Shown here: positions 13,650-33,700 of the stretch, piece by piece | How positions within the stretch are numbered: position 1 is the first letter of the stretch | Layout: every line of letters begins with the position of its first letter | NCBI RefSeq assembly: GCF_021869535.1 | Contig: NW_026262679.1 | Span: 121,396,001 to 121,460,000 of the forward strand | Length of the DNA stretch: 64,000 nt | DNA from: Mytilus californianus | Taxonomy: Eukaryota | Direction of reading: 5' to 3' | Notes under the pieces: generated by a model | Told to the model about the DNA's origin: nothing | Database searches by the model: none | The model's input: only the letters and a program-made list of their open reading frames with translations | Program-made: the position numbers and the translations under genes

Positions 13650-14690
13650 TTTTTGCCACAGTATGCGAGGCATAGGGATTACTATCCGGTGGAAAAAGCT
13701 TTATATTTCAGAACTTCTGAATCGGAAGGTAGAAGACCTAGTGCTTCATACCTTGTATGCAGATACCACATGTTACGAAGTTTCCGTCTGTCATATGTCC
13801 ATTGCCCGTGACCTCATTTTCATGGTTCAGCGACTTGATTTTTTCTTTTTGTCATGTGAATTTCTCACTTTATATTATGAATAATAGGATAACTATATAT
13901 GGTATATTGGTTCCTTGTAACGTCTGCATGTCTGTCAGACAGGGTTCACCTGATCTAGACCTTATTTCATGGATCAGTGATCAAGGTTAAAGTTACGTGA
14001 TTAGGTCCGTTTCTCAGATACTATAAGCATTAGGTCAGCTATATGTGGTATATGGAATGATTGTAAGGGGTACATGTCAGCCTGGCAGGTTTTACCTGAC
14101 CATGGCCTTATTTTCATTGTTCAGTGGTCAATATTAAGTTTTTGTGTTTTGGTCTGTTTTACAAGTTGTATTAGCAAAACGGTCAACTATATTTGGTGTT
14201 TGGAATGATTGAGGGTGTATAGGTCTGCCTAGTAGGTATCATCTTACCTTGACCTCATTTTCATGGTTTATTAGTCAATGTTACATTTTTGTGTTTTGAT
14301 CTGTTTTTCAAGTACTACATGTATAAGCAATAGGTCAACTATGTTTGGTGTTTGGAATGATTGTAAGGTGTACATGTATGTCTAGCAGGTATTATCTGAC
14401 CTTGACCTCATTTTCATGGTTCATTGGTCAATGTTAAGTTTTTGTGTTTTGGTCTGTTTTTCAATTACCATTTGCAATAGGTCAACTATATTTGGTGTAT
14501 GGAATGGAATAATTGTAAGTTGTACATGGCTGTCTGACAGGTTTTATCTGATCTAAACTTCATTGTCATGGATCTTTAAAAATGTTAAGTTTATGTGATA
14601 CTTGTAGTAAAACCTTTATCTTTAAGACTTTCAACATAAAATCAATGGTCAGTAATGCAAGCGAGACATTTCAGCGTGTGCACTCTTGTT
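13650..14690 (+). mobile_element. HINE/Helentron-like non-autonomous element with about 6 tandem ~150-bp monomers
   Basis: GACCTCATTTTCATGG-type monomers at about 13810, 13958, 14105, 14251, 14404 and 14556. 3' end GCAAGCGAGACATTTCAGCGTGTGCACTCTTGTT carries the (G)GCGAGACA subTIR shared with other HINEs here. Fragments of the family at about 17835-18020 (-), 19240-19340 (-) and 62283-62520 (+). Confidence 0.7.
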
Positions 14691-16056
14691 ACTCCTTTGA
14701 ATACCTGTTTTGAGGTATTTAATTCATATAAAAGTACAAGTCGGGTCAGCACCTTTCATGGATGGAAATTCACTATGAATTGAGAGAGATGGCAGGTTTG
14801 GGTTTATTTAGGTTGACAGTTGCACAAAGATGTCAAAAAGAGAATTACAGGAAGGAAGTGGTTTAACTTTATGCAATGTAAGTATAGATAAATCATGATA
14901 TGATGCATCACTTGATCACTGGAGAAATGCTTTTAATTCTAAATGGATATAGAATGTTGTCAGTATAAGTAAGGCGATAAATCACAATATTGTATGTAGA
15001 GAAATTTATTATTTTATCAACAGTATCAATAACAAATATTCATCAAATACAACATGCATGCTGCCTTAACTCGTCAAACAGAAAAAAATATTTTTGTCAA
15101 GCACTAAAATACATTTTTGAACCACTTAAACATGCGAACGCTTTTAAAGCCTTATTCACAACTTAACCTTTAATAAAAGGAGATGAAGGACAAAGGATAA
15201 AGGTCAATGAGGCATCAGCTCACCATATCAGACTAAAACTATGACAAGCTACACATAAAATTCTTGATTCCCTCCGCCCCACATAAAAAACAATAGAGCC
15301 AGTGACAAACCTTGTCGAGATTCCAGACATCAGACAATCCCATCAAAATGTGGCAGGATTATACTTGTTATGATAGTATTCTTTTACAACATTTACAAAC
15401 AAATTGAATGATTAATTCTCATTCCTCCTTATATATTAGATTGTGTTCCTTGCAGAGGAAAAAGTCATTTTTTTTATCATACATTATATGAACTAGCAAT
15501 AACTATTAAATTCAAGAAAACACTTTTACAGCTCATACAAAGTTATCAGTTATGAAGTTAACATTTTTGTACTACAATATCATTCATTGTCTTAATCTGA
15601 CAATAAATCCTAAAGTTAGTTTTAACATTTTGTTTGTTAACATTACAGTAAAGCTCAAACCAGCATAAACAAAAAAGGCAGACTCACAATATTGTCTAGT
15701 AAATTATAATAAACAAGAAAAATCATGAGCAGAGCTCAAAAACGTATACCCTCTCCAAATCATATTGGTAAGGAAAATTTATATCCCCTTTTGTATCAAT
15801 ATGGCAAAGTTCATGCTTTGTAATGTGAAAGACCCAAAATGTTTTTTAAAAAGAAAATAAAGGGAAAGAGTAAACAATGCCATAAGATATTAAACATTCT
15901 TTGAAAGTTTCAAGGAAATCTAGTCACTTTTTTAAATAGGTCTGCAAATACAAATTATGGACTGACAACCCCACAGACACAATGATCAATATAGACCACT
16001 GCTTCACTAAGTAGGGATATTAATTAGCAGAAAGCTGATTAGTCAATTATTTGCTG

Positions 16057-22676
<6,620 letters not shown>

Positions 22677-22947
22677 TGTTTTGGTTTTTTCGATGTGCAT
22701 CGGGATGAAAAACTAAAAGTGGAACCAGTCCCGATCATTTGGATATATTTCAATTGTAAAATTCTTCTTTCGAAACTTAAAATGTGCAAAGTTTATAAAA
22801 ATATTCAGAATAATTTTTTAAAAAATCATGAGCGAAATGTCCTCTTCCAGCGTGTTTTCATGGTCATTATTTTCTCTATTTGATGGAAAACTCCAGAAGT
22901 TACCCGAATACCGGAAAATGTAAGCAGAAGAAAATAGTTGATTAAAA
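22677..22947. promoter_or_regulatory. Bidirectional promoter/5' UTR interval between AK6 and PARP16
   Basis: Only 271 bp separate the AK6 ATG (22676, -) from the PARP16 ATG (22948, +). ETS-like CCGGAA at 22911-22916. Confidence 0.75.
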
Positions 22948-25900
22948 ATGTCAAGTGAAACAGTTGACAAATACTCCTTGCTGAAAGATAAAATAAAGCG
23001 TGACCCACTTTCTGCAGACTTGCAATGGAGCTTATTTGTTGGTGCTCTTCAAAGCTACAGATTTGACACAGTTCTTCGACCCTTTCCACCATCATTTTGT
23101 TTAGATAATGGTGAAAAGGATATCAAACGATTGGTAAAACATTATACATGACAATTTTCAAATGAACAGTCAATTACGATCGCTTCATACAATATATATG
23201 ACAAACAACACAATATATATAAACATATTTAGAGTACTGACTAGTCCAAATAATTATGACGTCTTGAAAGGCTATTATATTTTTTTTTCTTTGACGCCTT
23301 ACATCGACAGGAACGTCGCAGGAAGGCGTTAAAGCAAAAATTAAAATAGCCTTCAAAGACGTCATAATTATTTGGACTAAGTACTGACCTATTAGTGAAT
23401 TCACAATCCAAGTTGATATCCACATGGATCCATTTTCGAAATGTGCTGTTTGTTGACACTGGAAGAAGCTAACTAAATGTTACTAGCAAATATACGTAAG
23501 CAGGTCTGTGACATAGAATTATCGATGACGCTCACACAGGTAGAACACTGGTGACATCAGCTGATTGATCTGTGACGAAATATTTATTACGAATTGGGCG
23601 CCAAACATGTAGTCTGGTTTTGGTGCAATAAATAGGGTACTTATAAAGTGAGAAACGGAATCGAAACAAAACTAAATGCAATATTATGAAATGCAACAAA
23701 ATATAACGAAAAGAAACGAAATGGAAAATGAAGAAACGAAATCAAAGCGAAATAATATATTTTTAGCCCAAAAGCACTTTAGAATCCGACTCTTTAGGTT
23801 TACGCTCTTGATAACAACCACATTAAAACAATATATTTTTAGACACTCAAGTCTGTTTGATCTGTATTATCTAAATTCTTGTCGATGTTTTAATAAATAT
23901 GACTTCTTATATTGTATACCATTGCATTTATATATATATTTTTTTTTAAGGAGCAATGTGCAGATAAAGTTACCAGTTTACAAGATTTATTGAAAAAATC
24001 TGATATTCCTGAAGATATCATAGACCTTGTAACATGGGTATTAGATAAGCAGTTTCAGATATGTTCTATGCAGGATATTGGAGTAAGTTGTCACAATAAA
24101 TAACAAATCAAATGAGACAAATATGCATTGCATTAAAAAAAATTAGAAAATTAAGGATCACTATATTAGGAAGAAATGTGGGTTATAATAGTAATAGGCT
24201 GATTTGCTTAGCTGTCTCTATATTTATAATACAAATGTATTAGCCGCATCACTGACTGCGATTAGTAAACTGGGAGGGTAGGTAAAATTAGAATTAACAA
24301 TAGGTATTTTCTATTTTTAATGCCTTATTCTTTGCTTTGAAAAGATGTACAGTTGCCTATAACTGCTTACATCCACTTCATTTGAACTTTGGTGGATCAA
24401 CATCAGCAATCATACCACATCTCCTTATTTTTATCAGATGTTTAATTTTCACCCATTAAGGCTAGTCAACTGTATTGACCACATCCAATTAGACTTCAGC
24501 CACTCAGGCTTTACATACATAGCATTATGCATTTAATTGTATTTTTAAATAAAATGCTGCTTAAAATGTTTATATTTTGTTTTGAACCTGAAATACTTTT
24601 GGACTTCTCATATTGTTTCAAAGTCGTTAAAAATCTTTTTAAAGTCCCTTAAAAACAAATTAGATTGTAGTTATTCCACCTTAGACAGTATTTTGGCATC
24701 TGCCAAATTACAGCTCAAATACTGGGCAGGGTTTTACTACCAAATAAAATAATTTCACTCATAAGTTTATTAGTCAAGGTCAATGTCTGATGAAATGCCA
24801 GTATGTTATGGTGAAACATTTTATCATTGTACGCAACACATTATAACCCACTGCCATACAAATTTATATGTAAAATAAAAACAAAAACCCAAAATAAATC
24901 AGCGAGTATTTATAGCTGTAAAGACATTGACAGGTTGGACCCTTTACATCTTAACTTCAGTCAATAGTCTTCAGTTTTTATTTTGAAATGTACTGCAATT
25001 TCATATGTGTGCACTTGTTCTATTCAGTTGGCTTACTAAGGGCAACTGAACTTGGTCATTAACTTACCTATAACAGTGATCGCTGAAGATAAGATTTCAC
25101 AAGTTATTTTTATTTTATAGTTTGAGGATCTGAAGAAATTGACAAAGGACACAGGTACTTGTACTAAGCCAGACTACATATTTGAAGTTTTACCCAGTGA
25201 ATCAGCAAAAGCTGCCTTTGAAGCAAAAAGAGATGGCAGAGCACTGATGTATGCATATCATGGCAGTAGATTTGAAAATTTCCATTCTATTCTTCACAAT
25301 GGGTTGATTTCCCATATGAATAAGGTAACACCTTTTATAAAAAGTTGTATTATGGATACAATGACCAAGGATGGAATATAACAACAAATATTGATAACAA
25401 TATATTTATGTTACGATTAGTAAATTAGCTAAGTTAAGAGTATACCATTCAGAAAAGATCCCTCATTGATTTTTCCTTAAGATTTTGATATGCACTATAG
25501 ACTTATGCAAAGACAAATATACCATCATGACTTACTTTTCAAGATATTTCAGTTTGAAATTTGCATGTTTCATGTAAAAATATGACATTTCATTTTTCAA
25601 TACTGTTCTGAAAAATAACACAACTTTTCAAATGATTTTTTCTTGCAATTTTGATATAACATTCTTGAAGTAGTACATAGTCAATTGCAAAAGAATAATA
25701 TTTGGGTCTTTGTGCTCATTTTTATACGACCGCAAAAAAAATTTTGTGGTCGTATATTGGTATGACGTTGGCGTCGTCGTCGTTGTCGTCGTCGTCCGAA
25801 GACACATTAGTTTTCGCACTCTAACTTATGTTTAAGTGAATGGATCTCTATGAAATTTTACCATAAGGTTCAATACCACAAAAGGAAGGTGGGGATTGAT

Positions 25901-28900
25901 TTTGGGGGTTATGGTACCCACAGTTAAGGAATTAGGGGCAAAAAAGGGGCCAAAAATAAGCATTTTTGTAACTTCCAGACATAACTTGTGTGTAAGTGTA
26001 TGGATCTCTCTGAAATTGTACCACAAGGTTCCATATCACAAAGGCAATTCTGGGATTGATTTTGAGGGTAATTGCCTCCAAATTTTAGGAATTAGGGGAC
26101 AAAAAGGGGCAAAAAACAAGCATTTTTCTAGTTTCATGACAATTACTTGTGTGTAAGTGTATGGATCTCTCTGACATTGTATCACAAGGTTCCATATCAC
26201 AAAGGGAATGCTGGGATTGATTTTGGGGATAATTGCTTCAAATTTTAGGAATTAGGGGCCAAAAAGGGGCAAAAAACAAGCATTTTTCTAGTTTCATGAC
26301 AATAACTTGTGTGTAAGTGTATGGATCTTTATGAAATTGTACTACAAGGTTCCATATCACAAAGGGAAAGCTGGTATTGAGTTTGGGGGTAATTGCCCAA
26401 AAAGTTTAGGAATAAGGGGCCAAAAATAAGCATTTTTCTAGTTTCCAGACAATAACTTGTGTTCAAATGTATGGATCTCTCTGAAATTGTACTGCAAGGT
26501 ACCATACCACAAAGGGAAAGCTGGGATTGAGATTGGGGATGTTGAATCATAAGGGGGTTCAAAAAATTGGGGGGGATTTTTTTTTCCTTCTTTTTTCTTT
26601 AAAAAATTTTCCATTTTAAATTGGTTATTTCTGATTTATATATAAAAGCAAATAATAATGATATGGTTTGAATAGGTAAATTAAAAAATTTTAAGTTCTT
26701 ACAATCCAAATTCAGTGCTGTATCAAGCTTGAATGTTGTGTCCATACTTGCCCCAACTGTTCAGGGTTTCGACCTCTGCGGTCGTATCAAGCTGCGCCCC
26801 AGCGGAGCATTTTATTAAGCTAGCAACAGAAAAACCATTTTTTTAAATGCTGGAGATCCCATTTCCCTTTGTTGGTGCTAAATTATGTTGCAGTGTATTC
26901 TTAATGCAACATCACCATTCATCGAAATGCATTAATTTATTGAGGATAGAAATGTAAACAATCTTCATTTCCATGGAATGTTATGCTCCCTCAGTAGATT
27001 TTACATGCTTTAATATACTACATTTGTAAGTTTAGTACATTCTGCATGTTCCTGTGCAAAGTCTGGAGCCTGTAGTTCAGTGGTTGTCGTTGGTTCATAT
27101 CTTTCATATTTGTTTTTCACAAATTGTTTAGTTATAAATTAGGCAGTTGGTTTTCTAAATTGAATTGTTTCATATTTTTCATGTCAGGGACTTTTATGGC
27201 CGACTATACGGTATGGGTTTTTCTCATTGTTGAAGGCCGTACCATTGCCTATAATTTCTTACATCCACTTCATTTGAAAACTTTGATGGATAGTTGTCTC
27301 ATTGGCAATCATACCACATCTCCTTATTTTTGTACATGTTTGTTTTCTGTAATTGATTTGATGACATTAGTGATTTTTCAGCGAGTTTTGTATGCTTATC
27401 ATTATCAATGTTGCGAAAACAACACATTAATTTTAGATGCATTATTATATGCTCTTTCTACTGTGTCTTATGCCCATAAATGATTACCGAAACTTGAATA
27501 TCAACGTGTTCAGAATAATGAATGTCAATAAAAGGAGATGCGGATTATATGTCAATCAAACATCAACCCAATGACTTAAAAACACTTCTAGAGGACAACA
27601 ATAAAAAGGCGTATATTTTATCTATACAAAATGTCAAACATTAAATCTTCCAGAGTCTGAAAGAGATATGCATAAATAATAAAGAAACAATCAAATATAT
27701 GCCATCAATAACAAATTCTCCAAATGTACATAAAAATGTGGCAGACAAAACATGTTTTTTAGATCTCTACCCTCCCTATTTTAATTATGATCACTTGCAT
27801 TTGTTGTTGAGTTGTATTAAATATAGATATATGAATGTAATAACATGCATGTTTTATCATGTGAGATATCACAATTTGGAGTACATGATCAATAAGGCTA
27901 AAGATCAATGTTACTTCAGATGAGACAAAGGTTATACAACATTGTACAAATTTAACTTCAAATAAAAGTTTGATAGTCTTAACGTACATTGTATATAGTT
28001 TTGTTTAAAATGTAAAAAAGTTGAAAGTACTTTATATAAATATGAAACATAAAATGTCCATAGTTTTTCTATGTTTTTCTAGATTTCTGTATTTGGTGAA
28101 GGAACATATCTATCCAGTGAATTGTCTGTGTCTTTGCATTACAGTCCTATGGGTTTAGGTTGGGATCACAGTACCCTAGGGAAAAAAATCAGCTGTGTGG
28201 CCTTGTGTGAGATGATTGATGATTCAGCCGTTAAATGTCAAACAAAAACAGGTAATTTTTTATTCAAGAACAAAAACCTTAAAATTTTCACTACACTGCA
28301 ATATCATTGAGGCCATGTTTACATTGAGTTAAACTCAGTGTGCTATGGGTGTACTTGACACTTAAACTAAACTCTATTATGTTCCCATTGATAAACATCA
28401 ATGTTTACATGTAGTTTAAATCAGGTTTTGACTACATGCAGTCAATAGTCAATGTAGGCCGTGTGTGGGTAAAGTGTACATAAACTAGATATTTGGAAGG
28501 TGTATTTTATTATGAATATTTATGGAAGTTACATATATTGTATAAAAATGATTATGATAATATCATGAATTAAGTTATTTACCTATCTAAATGAAAAAAA
28601 CTAAAAAATTGCTAAGTTAAAAACATGGTTTGATTTTCAGTGGGAGGGGGATTTTTTGCTGATGGAATATTCATTTTACACCTGTTGATAGTACGGCTTG
28701 TTTATTGTCACATCTATTTCTTGTAAAGTCCTGCATTTTGTAGGACAAAATATTCATTTGATGGGTCCGTAGGTGGCCTGCTGCTAGGCAAAATTGTTGT
28801 CACTATCCAATATACTCATATTTTCCACTGGCTGTCCGAATGTCCCTAATCTTCATCCTGGAAGGCTTCTTTTACAGGACCTATCTATTGTATTTATTGC

Positions 28901-31899
28901 GAATTTGAATTTGTTCTCGTCCTGAACATGTATGAAATATTTGCCACTGGATGTTAATCAACCAACAATCAATCAATCAATCATTTCAAAATCCTTCTTT
29001 TTGTTTATTGTGATGCTGCTTTAGCCTGAGTAATCATGACATCTTTAGAACTCTCAAAGTTCTCCAAATCAATAGAGCATTTGGAAAATCAGTGCTGATC
29101 AATTATTTTTAAAAGAGTTATGCCCTTGGAAACATTAATTATATGGAAAACGCATCGTTAGCGCTCTCATGTGTTCAATTCTTGCCTGATTTTTATGAAA
29201 CTTAAATCATAGGTTTATATCAGCAATGTCTTGAACGAGTTTGAAAATCAGTGCCAATCAATTATTTTTTAAAGAGTTCTGTCCCTTGGAAACACTAATT
29301 GTATGAAAAATTGCATTGTTAGCACTCTCAAGTGGACAATTCTTGCCAGATTTTTATGAAATTATCATCAATGTCTTTGATGAGTTCAAAAATCAGTGCC
29401 GATCAATAATTTTTAAAAGAGTTATGCCCTTGAAAATATTAATTACTGGAAAATTACCTTATGAGCGCTCTAATGTGTACAATTTTTGCCAGATTTTTAT
29501 GAACTTATCATCAATGTCTTTAATGAGTTCAAAAATCTGTTCCGGTCAATTATTTTTAAAAGAGTTATGGCCCTTGGAAATATTGATTATATGGAAAATT
29601 GCATTGTTAGCACTCTCATGTGTTCAATTCTTGCTAGAATTTTATGAAACTTATATCATAGGTTTATATCAGCAATGTCTTTGACACTTTCGAAAATAAA
29701 TTCTGATCAAATATTTTTAATGAGTTATGCCTCTTGGAAATATTAATAATAACGGAAATCACATGCATTGCTCAAAAGCCTTTATTTCTCTAAGATATTA
29801 ATAAAATCTTCTAAAGATCAACAAAAAAAGTGCATTTTTTAGTTATTGCCCTTGTACCTTGGATAGATAAAATATGTTTAACGAGGGGGACATTGGAACT
29901 CTGTTCTTTTATTTAACTATAAATTGGTAAATTACGTGTACATTTATTGGTGTGAACAATTCTCCTGTACAGGTAATTAAAACCAATGTACAGATAAGAA
30001 CAAATTTGTTGTGAAACCTTTGTTCATTACATGAAACTTATTGTAAACACATTTACAGTAAGCAACGTTTGGTGTGAACACGGCCTGATTCATGGAAGGA
30101 GGTTTAGAATTAACGATGTCAAGTTGATCATTTACGGGTCACAGTCTTTGCAGATAAAGACAGTACCGGTATATGTGCATATATCGTAGTGCAATCTAGC
30201 GACAGATAGAAGTCACGACCCTCTGACTACGTCATAATTGACCAATGACAGCACTTGTACTCATTAGTTCAAAGGTGTAAAAATAACGGTGTCCAGCCTT
30301 TACAAATTTCCTAAAGCAGAAGCCGCATATGTACACTGACATTCCAACATTTGCATGAGGAACTAAACCAAGAACTTCATTTAGTTGATTAAGAACTTCA
30401 AAAGTGTCACTCAATATCGTCCTGTTTTTAAGGTAATGCACGTGGCAATTGTTTATTTACCTTTTCTACTTTTACAAGTGATCATCTTAAATACGTTTTT
30501 GATTGGATGCAGCTAGTTATAACTGCTACCAATGGAAATCATTACCTCTTGGATCGCAATTTCTGACTCAATCTGCCAAGAGTGAAGAGGAGTGGGTCAG
30601 ATCGTAATCCTTGGCTAGCAAAGATTGTACATAAAAACTGTATTGCCCAACCTCAAAGGGGTTGACTTGTGATTATATTTTTTTATTGAATGGAGTGAAA
30701 TTCAGTATGATCAACCTAAAAAAATCATTTCCTGATACTTATAAATTTTATTTAAAGATCATGTTTGTCTTTACTGTAGATGATAATCAGAACAGATCAA
30801 GGGCTACAGGAAGCATGGCTGGAGAAGTTCCAGACAAATATTATGTTGTACAAAACAATGAAGTGATCCGCATCAAATATTTACTGGTTTATGCACAGAA
30901 ATCTTCCCCCTCCAGGTTTGTTAATATTATCTACAAATACAGAGTTATAGTTTCTTCTAAAGCAATCCAGGAAAGGCTTTAATTGGTTAAAAATGTTCAA
31001 GTCTATGAAAAGCCAACAAATGATATAACCTCACTTCACTACAGGTTAAATGTGGCTACATTTATGTATATCAAACATGATGGAATTCCAGATACGTTAT
31101 ATTTTTTTTAGCAAAAGTTAAACTTTTAACTGGTTGTTGATGATCATAGTTAGTCTAGAGAGGTGTTTCAAGGACAGCAAATTTGATATGTTTGACATTG
31201 ATACACAAATTAATAACTAGTTCTGTAAGAAGAATAAGCTTGTTAAAATATTTGGATCATTTCAGATTTAATGATTTTTTTGAGTGACTACAAAGTTGAC
31301 ATGTGTTAAGACAGTGTTGTACAGTTATTTGAGAGACTACAAAATATGTGACTTTATTTGTAAGAACAGTGTCTTACAACATAAAGACAGTAACAAAAGG
31401 CAATAACGCTACAATTATACTGTGGGTTCATTTATTTTTGTGGTTTCAAATTAAGGATTTAAGTGGTTCTGACAATTCCCTAAAATACCTTCAGTAATAG
31501 TTGAAAGCCCATGTCTCACAACTTGAATCATGAAGTCTTTAGTGTACATGATTCAGTGCTTTGTCACGGAAAGAGCAAGAACCGTATTCTCTTCCAATAG
31601 TAAAGGTTAAGTCACAATATTACAAATAGAAGATATCAATTCTATATTGTTGTCTTTGAGATAAAAAAAAATTGATTTGGCCTTTCTAAAATAGAAAGCC
31701 TAATAACATATTTATTTCATTGATAATCAGAAATTTTATTTTGTTTTCCAGGTCATTGACAAGTTGCTGGGTGTCATGGTTACATCAACATAAGTTTGCT
31801 GTTATGATGTTCCTTTATATATTAATATTAGGACTAATAGGATTAGCCAATTCTCGAACATTTAAATATTATTTTAGGAAGTATTTTAAAGCAAGATAA
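22948..31899 (+). CDS. PARP16: Protein mono-ADP-ribosyltransferase PARP16, 324 aa, 6 coding exons
   Basis: Exons 22948-23133, 23951-24082, 25121-25324, 28083-28251, 30780-30915 and 31752-31899 (975 nt, GT-AG, in frame). Motifs: [78 protein letters not shown] (H-Y-Y triad) and a C-terminal hydrophobic tail anchor [18 protein letters not shown]. Confidence 0.97.
23242..23379. mobile_element. 138-bp palindromic MITE with TAGT termini and 9-bp TSD
   Basis: TIRs TAGTCCAAATAATTATGACGTC / GACGTCATAATTATTTGGACTA. AGTACTGAC is duplicated at 23233-23241 and 23380-23388. A partial related copy lies at about 52051-52130. Confidence 0.88.
25721..26813 (+). mobile_element. HINE/DINE-1-like element carrying about 4.6 copies of a ~161-bp satellite monomer (PARP16 intron 3)
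   Basis: 5' TTTATACGACCGCA...TGTGGTCGTATA hairpin plus (GTC)n microsatellite. Monomers at 25836, 25996, 26157, 26317 and 26467. 3' subTIR GCGGTCGTAT followed by the GCTGCGCCCCAGCGGAGC stem-loop and a T-run. Confidence 0.88.
28860..28985 (+). repeat. Retroposon-like 3' end with (ATCA)n tail
   Basis: CTCGTCCTGAACATGTATGAAATATTTG...CAATCAATCAATCA. A related end lies at about 5460-5533. Confidence 0.5.
29030..29910 (+). repeat. Tandem array of about 5 diverged 140-160-bp monomers (PARP16 intron 4)
   Basis: GAAAATCAGTGC...TTATTTTTAAAAGAGTTATGCCCTTGGAAA monomers at about 29085, 29244, 29390, 29530 and 29692. Confidence 0.75.
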
Positions 31900-32654
31900 T
31901 AAAGTACATGATTGGAAAAACAAAACTATTTGTTTTATGAAAAAATCACTGACAAAACTGTAAGTGCCTTACCGACACCTAATTACTATCTAGTCTCGTG
32001 ACATACATAGTGCAGGAATCATGCTGTTGTTTACCAGTTTTGCATTATTTTACCTGGTGACAAAATACTGTTTTTAGGGTTTTTATTGTTTTGTTTTGTT
32101 TTTTTTTTGGGTGTTTTAATTTTTTTAGGGGGAGGGGAACATTTTCCCAAGTTGTTCCCCAGAATATTAAAATAAGATTGGCCATTCCCTTAGCTATAGA
32201 CTGATTTGTTCTTGACCAAGGGTTAACATTTAGTTTTTCAACTTCTTCTAAACCTATGTAATCCTTGGTTAAATTTTCAATGAATGTTCTTTTTTCCCAA
32301 ATATATGATTATCAACACTTTCCCTAACTCTAGAAAAATGTTTTGGTGGATGAATATGATTACTTTTATTCAGGAATCAGTTATTAAGCTTTATAATCAT
32401 AATTCAGCACAACTACATTTGTCAGAGGAAAGAGAATCTTTTCACTTTGAATTGGAGCATTGATTGTTGACCTGTACTAGATCAAAGTTAATATACTAGC
32501 TTACTAAACATGCTCAATTTGGCTGCAGAAGTTTTATATGGACATAGAAGGTAATAGTTAATAGATCTTGATCTGATAATCCTGACAATGTTTTGGTATG
32601 AACCTAAACCTTGAAGTGAAAAGGACTGTAAAACATAATTAGTTCTTTGTTTTT

Positions 32655-32906
32655 CATACCTGCTAACTTTTCAAAATCTCCATGGGGGTTTTTAAGCTTT
32701 TTAAAAGAGGACCTAATACATACCTATACATGTCATTAGTGTACTAGGTAGAACATTGATTGAGTAAATGTGTGTTTAAATGTATTTTGTACTCCTCTGA
32801 ATGTCTTTTTTAAAGCGTTTTGTCTAAATAATTGAGCTTTATAAGGGACAGGTCAACATCTATCATGGGGGATGTCCCCCTTTAAGCTGGAAAGTTGGCA
32901 GGTCTG
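32655..32906. mobile_element. MITE (CATACCTGC...GCAGGTCTG family)
   Basis: TIRs CATACCTGCTAACTTT / AAAGTTGGCAGGTCTG. A related complete copy at 52378-52609 and a partial copy near 13535-13620. Confidence 0.7.
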
Positions 32907-33132
32907 GTTTCTGATGTTCACAGAAAACGAAGGGTAGGTCATTTAAAACTTGAAATGCCCTTATCATTTGGCACCCTTAATGATTAGTGAAGTATAGTAG
33001 GACTATTTGGTCATAAACCTCCTTAGGTATCCAGGAATTTATACATCCTCTGCCTTTAATTTTTTGGAGTTTGAGAATTCCTGACGAAAATCTGAACAAT
33101 GCTTCGGATTCACAAAATTTATAAACGGTTAA

Positions 33133-33257
33133 CATAGGCGGATCCCTGAGGGGCCCGGGTCCCCCCTTTTGTGGGAAAAATTTGGTTGATTATATAGGGA
33201 ATCACTGAAGCATGACTGGAGCGGCCCCCCTTATGAAAAGTTCTGGATCCGCCACTG
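33133..33257. mobile_element. GC-rich MITE (GGCGGATCC family)
   Basis: TIRs CATAGGCGGATCC / GGATCCGCCACTG. No TSD preserved. Confidence 0.65.
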
Positions 33258-33519
33258 GATTCAATCATTTAAACATCAGTATTCCTTGGTTAAAATTTAA
33301 ATCAAATGTGGAGCTTGGTTAAATATGAATCATTTAACCAAGGTTTTATCAAGAGTTGAATTTAACCACACCATGGTATATGAAAGGGTTACACTTTTAA
33401 CCCATGGCAAGAATTTTTAACACTAGGTTTAAATTTAATCTAAAGATGAACGACTGGTACCTATGAAATATCATTGATATGATATATATTAAATATGAAC
33501 TTTTACAAAACTGAATTGT

Positions 33520-33700
33520 TTGAAAAACTAAGGATTTTCTAAATTGCTTAAGCTGTATTTGGCAAAATATTTTGGAACTTGGGGTCCTCAATGTACTTCA
33601 ACTTCATACTTTATTTTGCCTTTTAACGTTTTAGAGTGTCACTGATGAGTTTTGTAAACAAATCGTGCGTCTGGCATACAAAATTATAAGCCGGAATATC
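33520..33700 (+). mobile_element. Partial family-A retrozyme monomer with decayed hammerhead
   Basis: Aligns to 16896-17090. The core reads GTGTCA-CTGATGA-GTTT-TGT-AAAC-AAAT-CGTGCGTC-TGGCAT. Confidence 0.7.

Noticed and set aside
30232-30441. Minus-strand ORF with a [10 protein letters not shown] cysteine motif in PARP16 intron 4
   Set aside because: A single CxxC in a short ORF without supporting exons; probably a transposon remnant, but no family could be supported.
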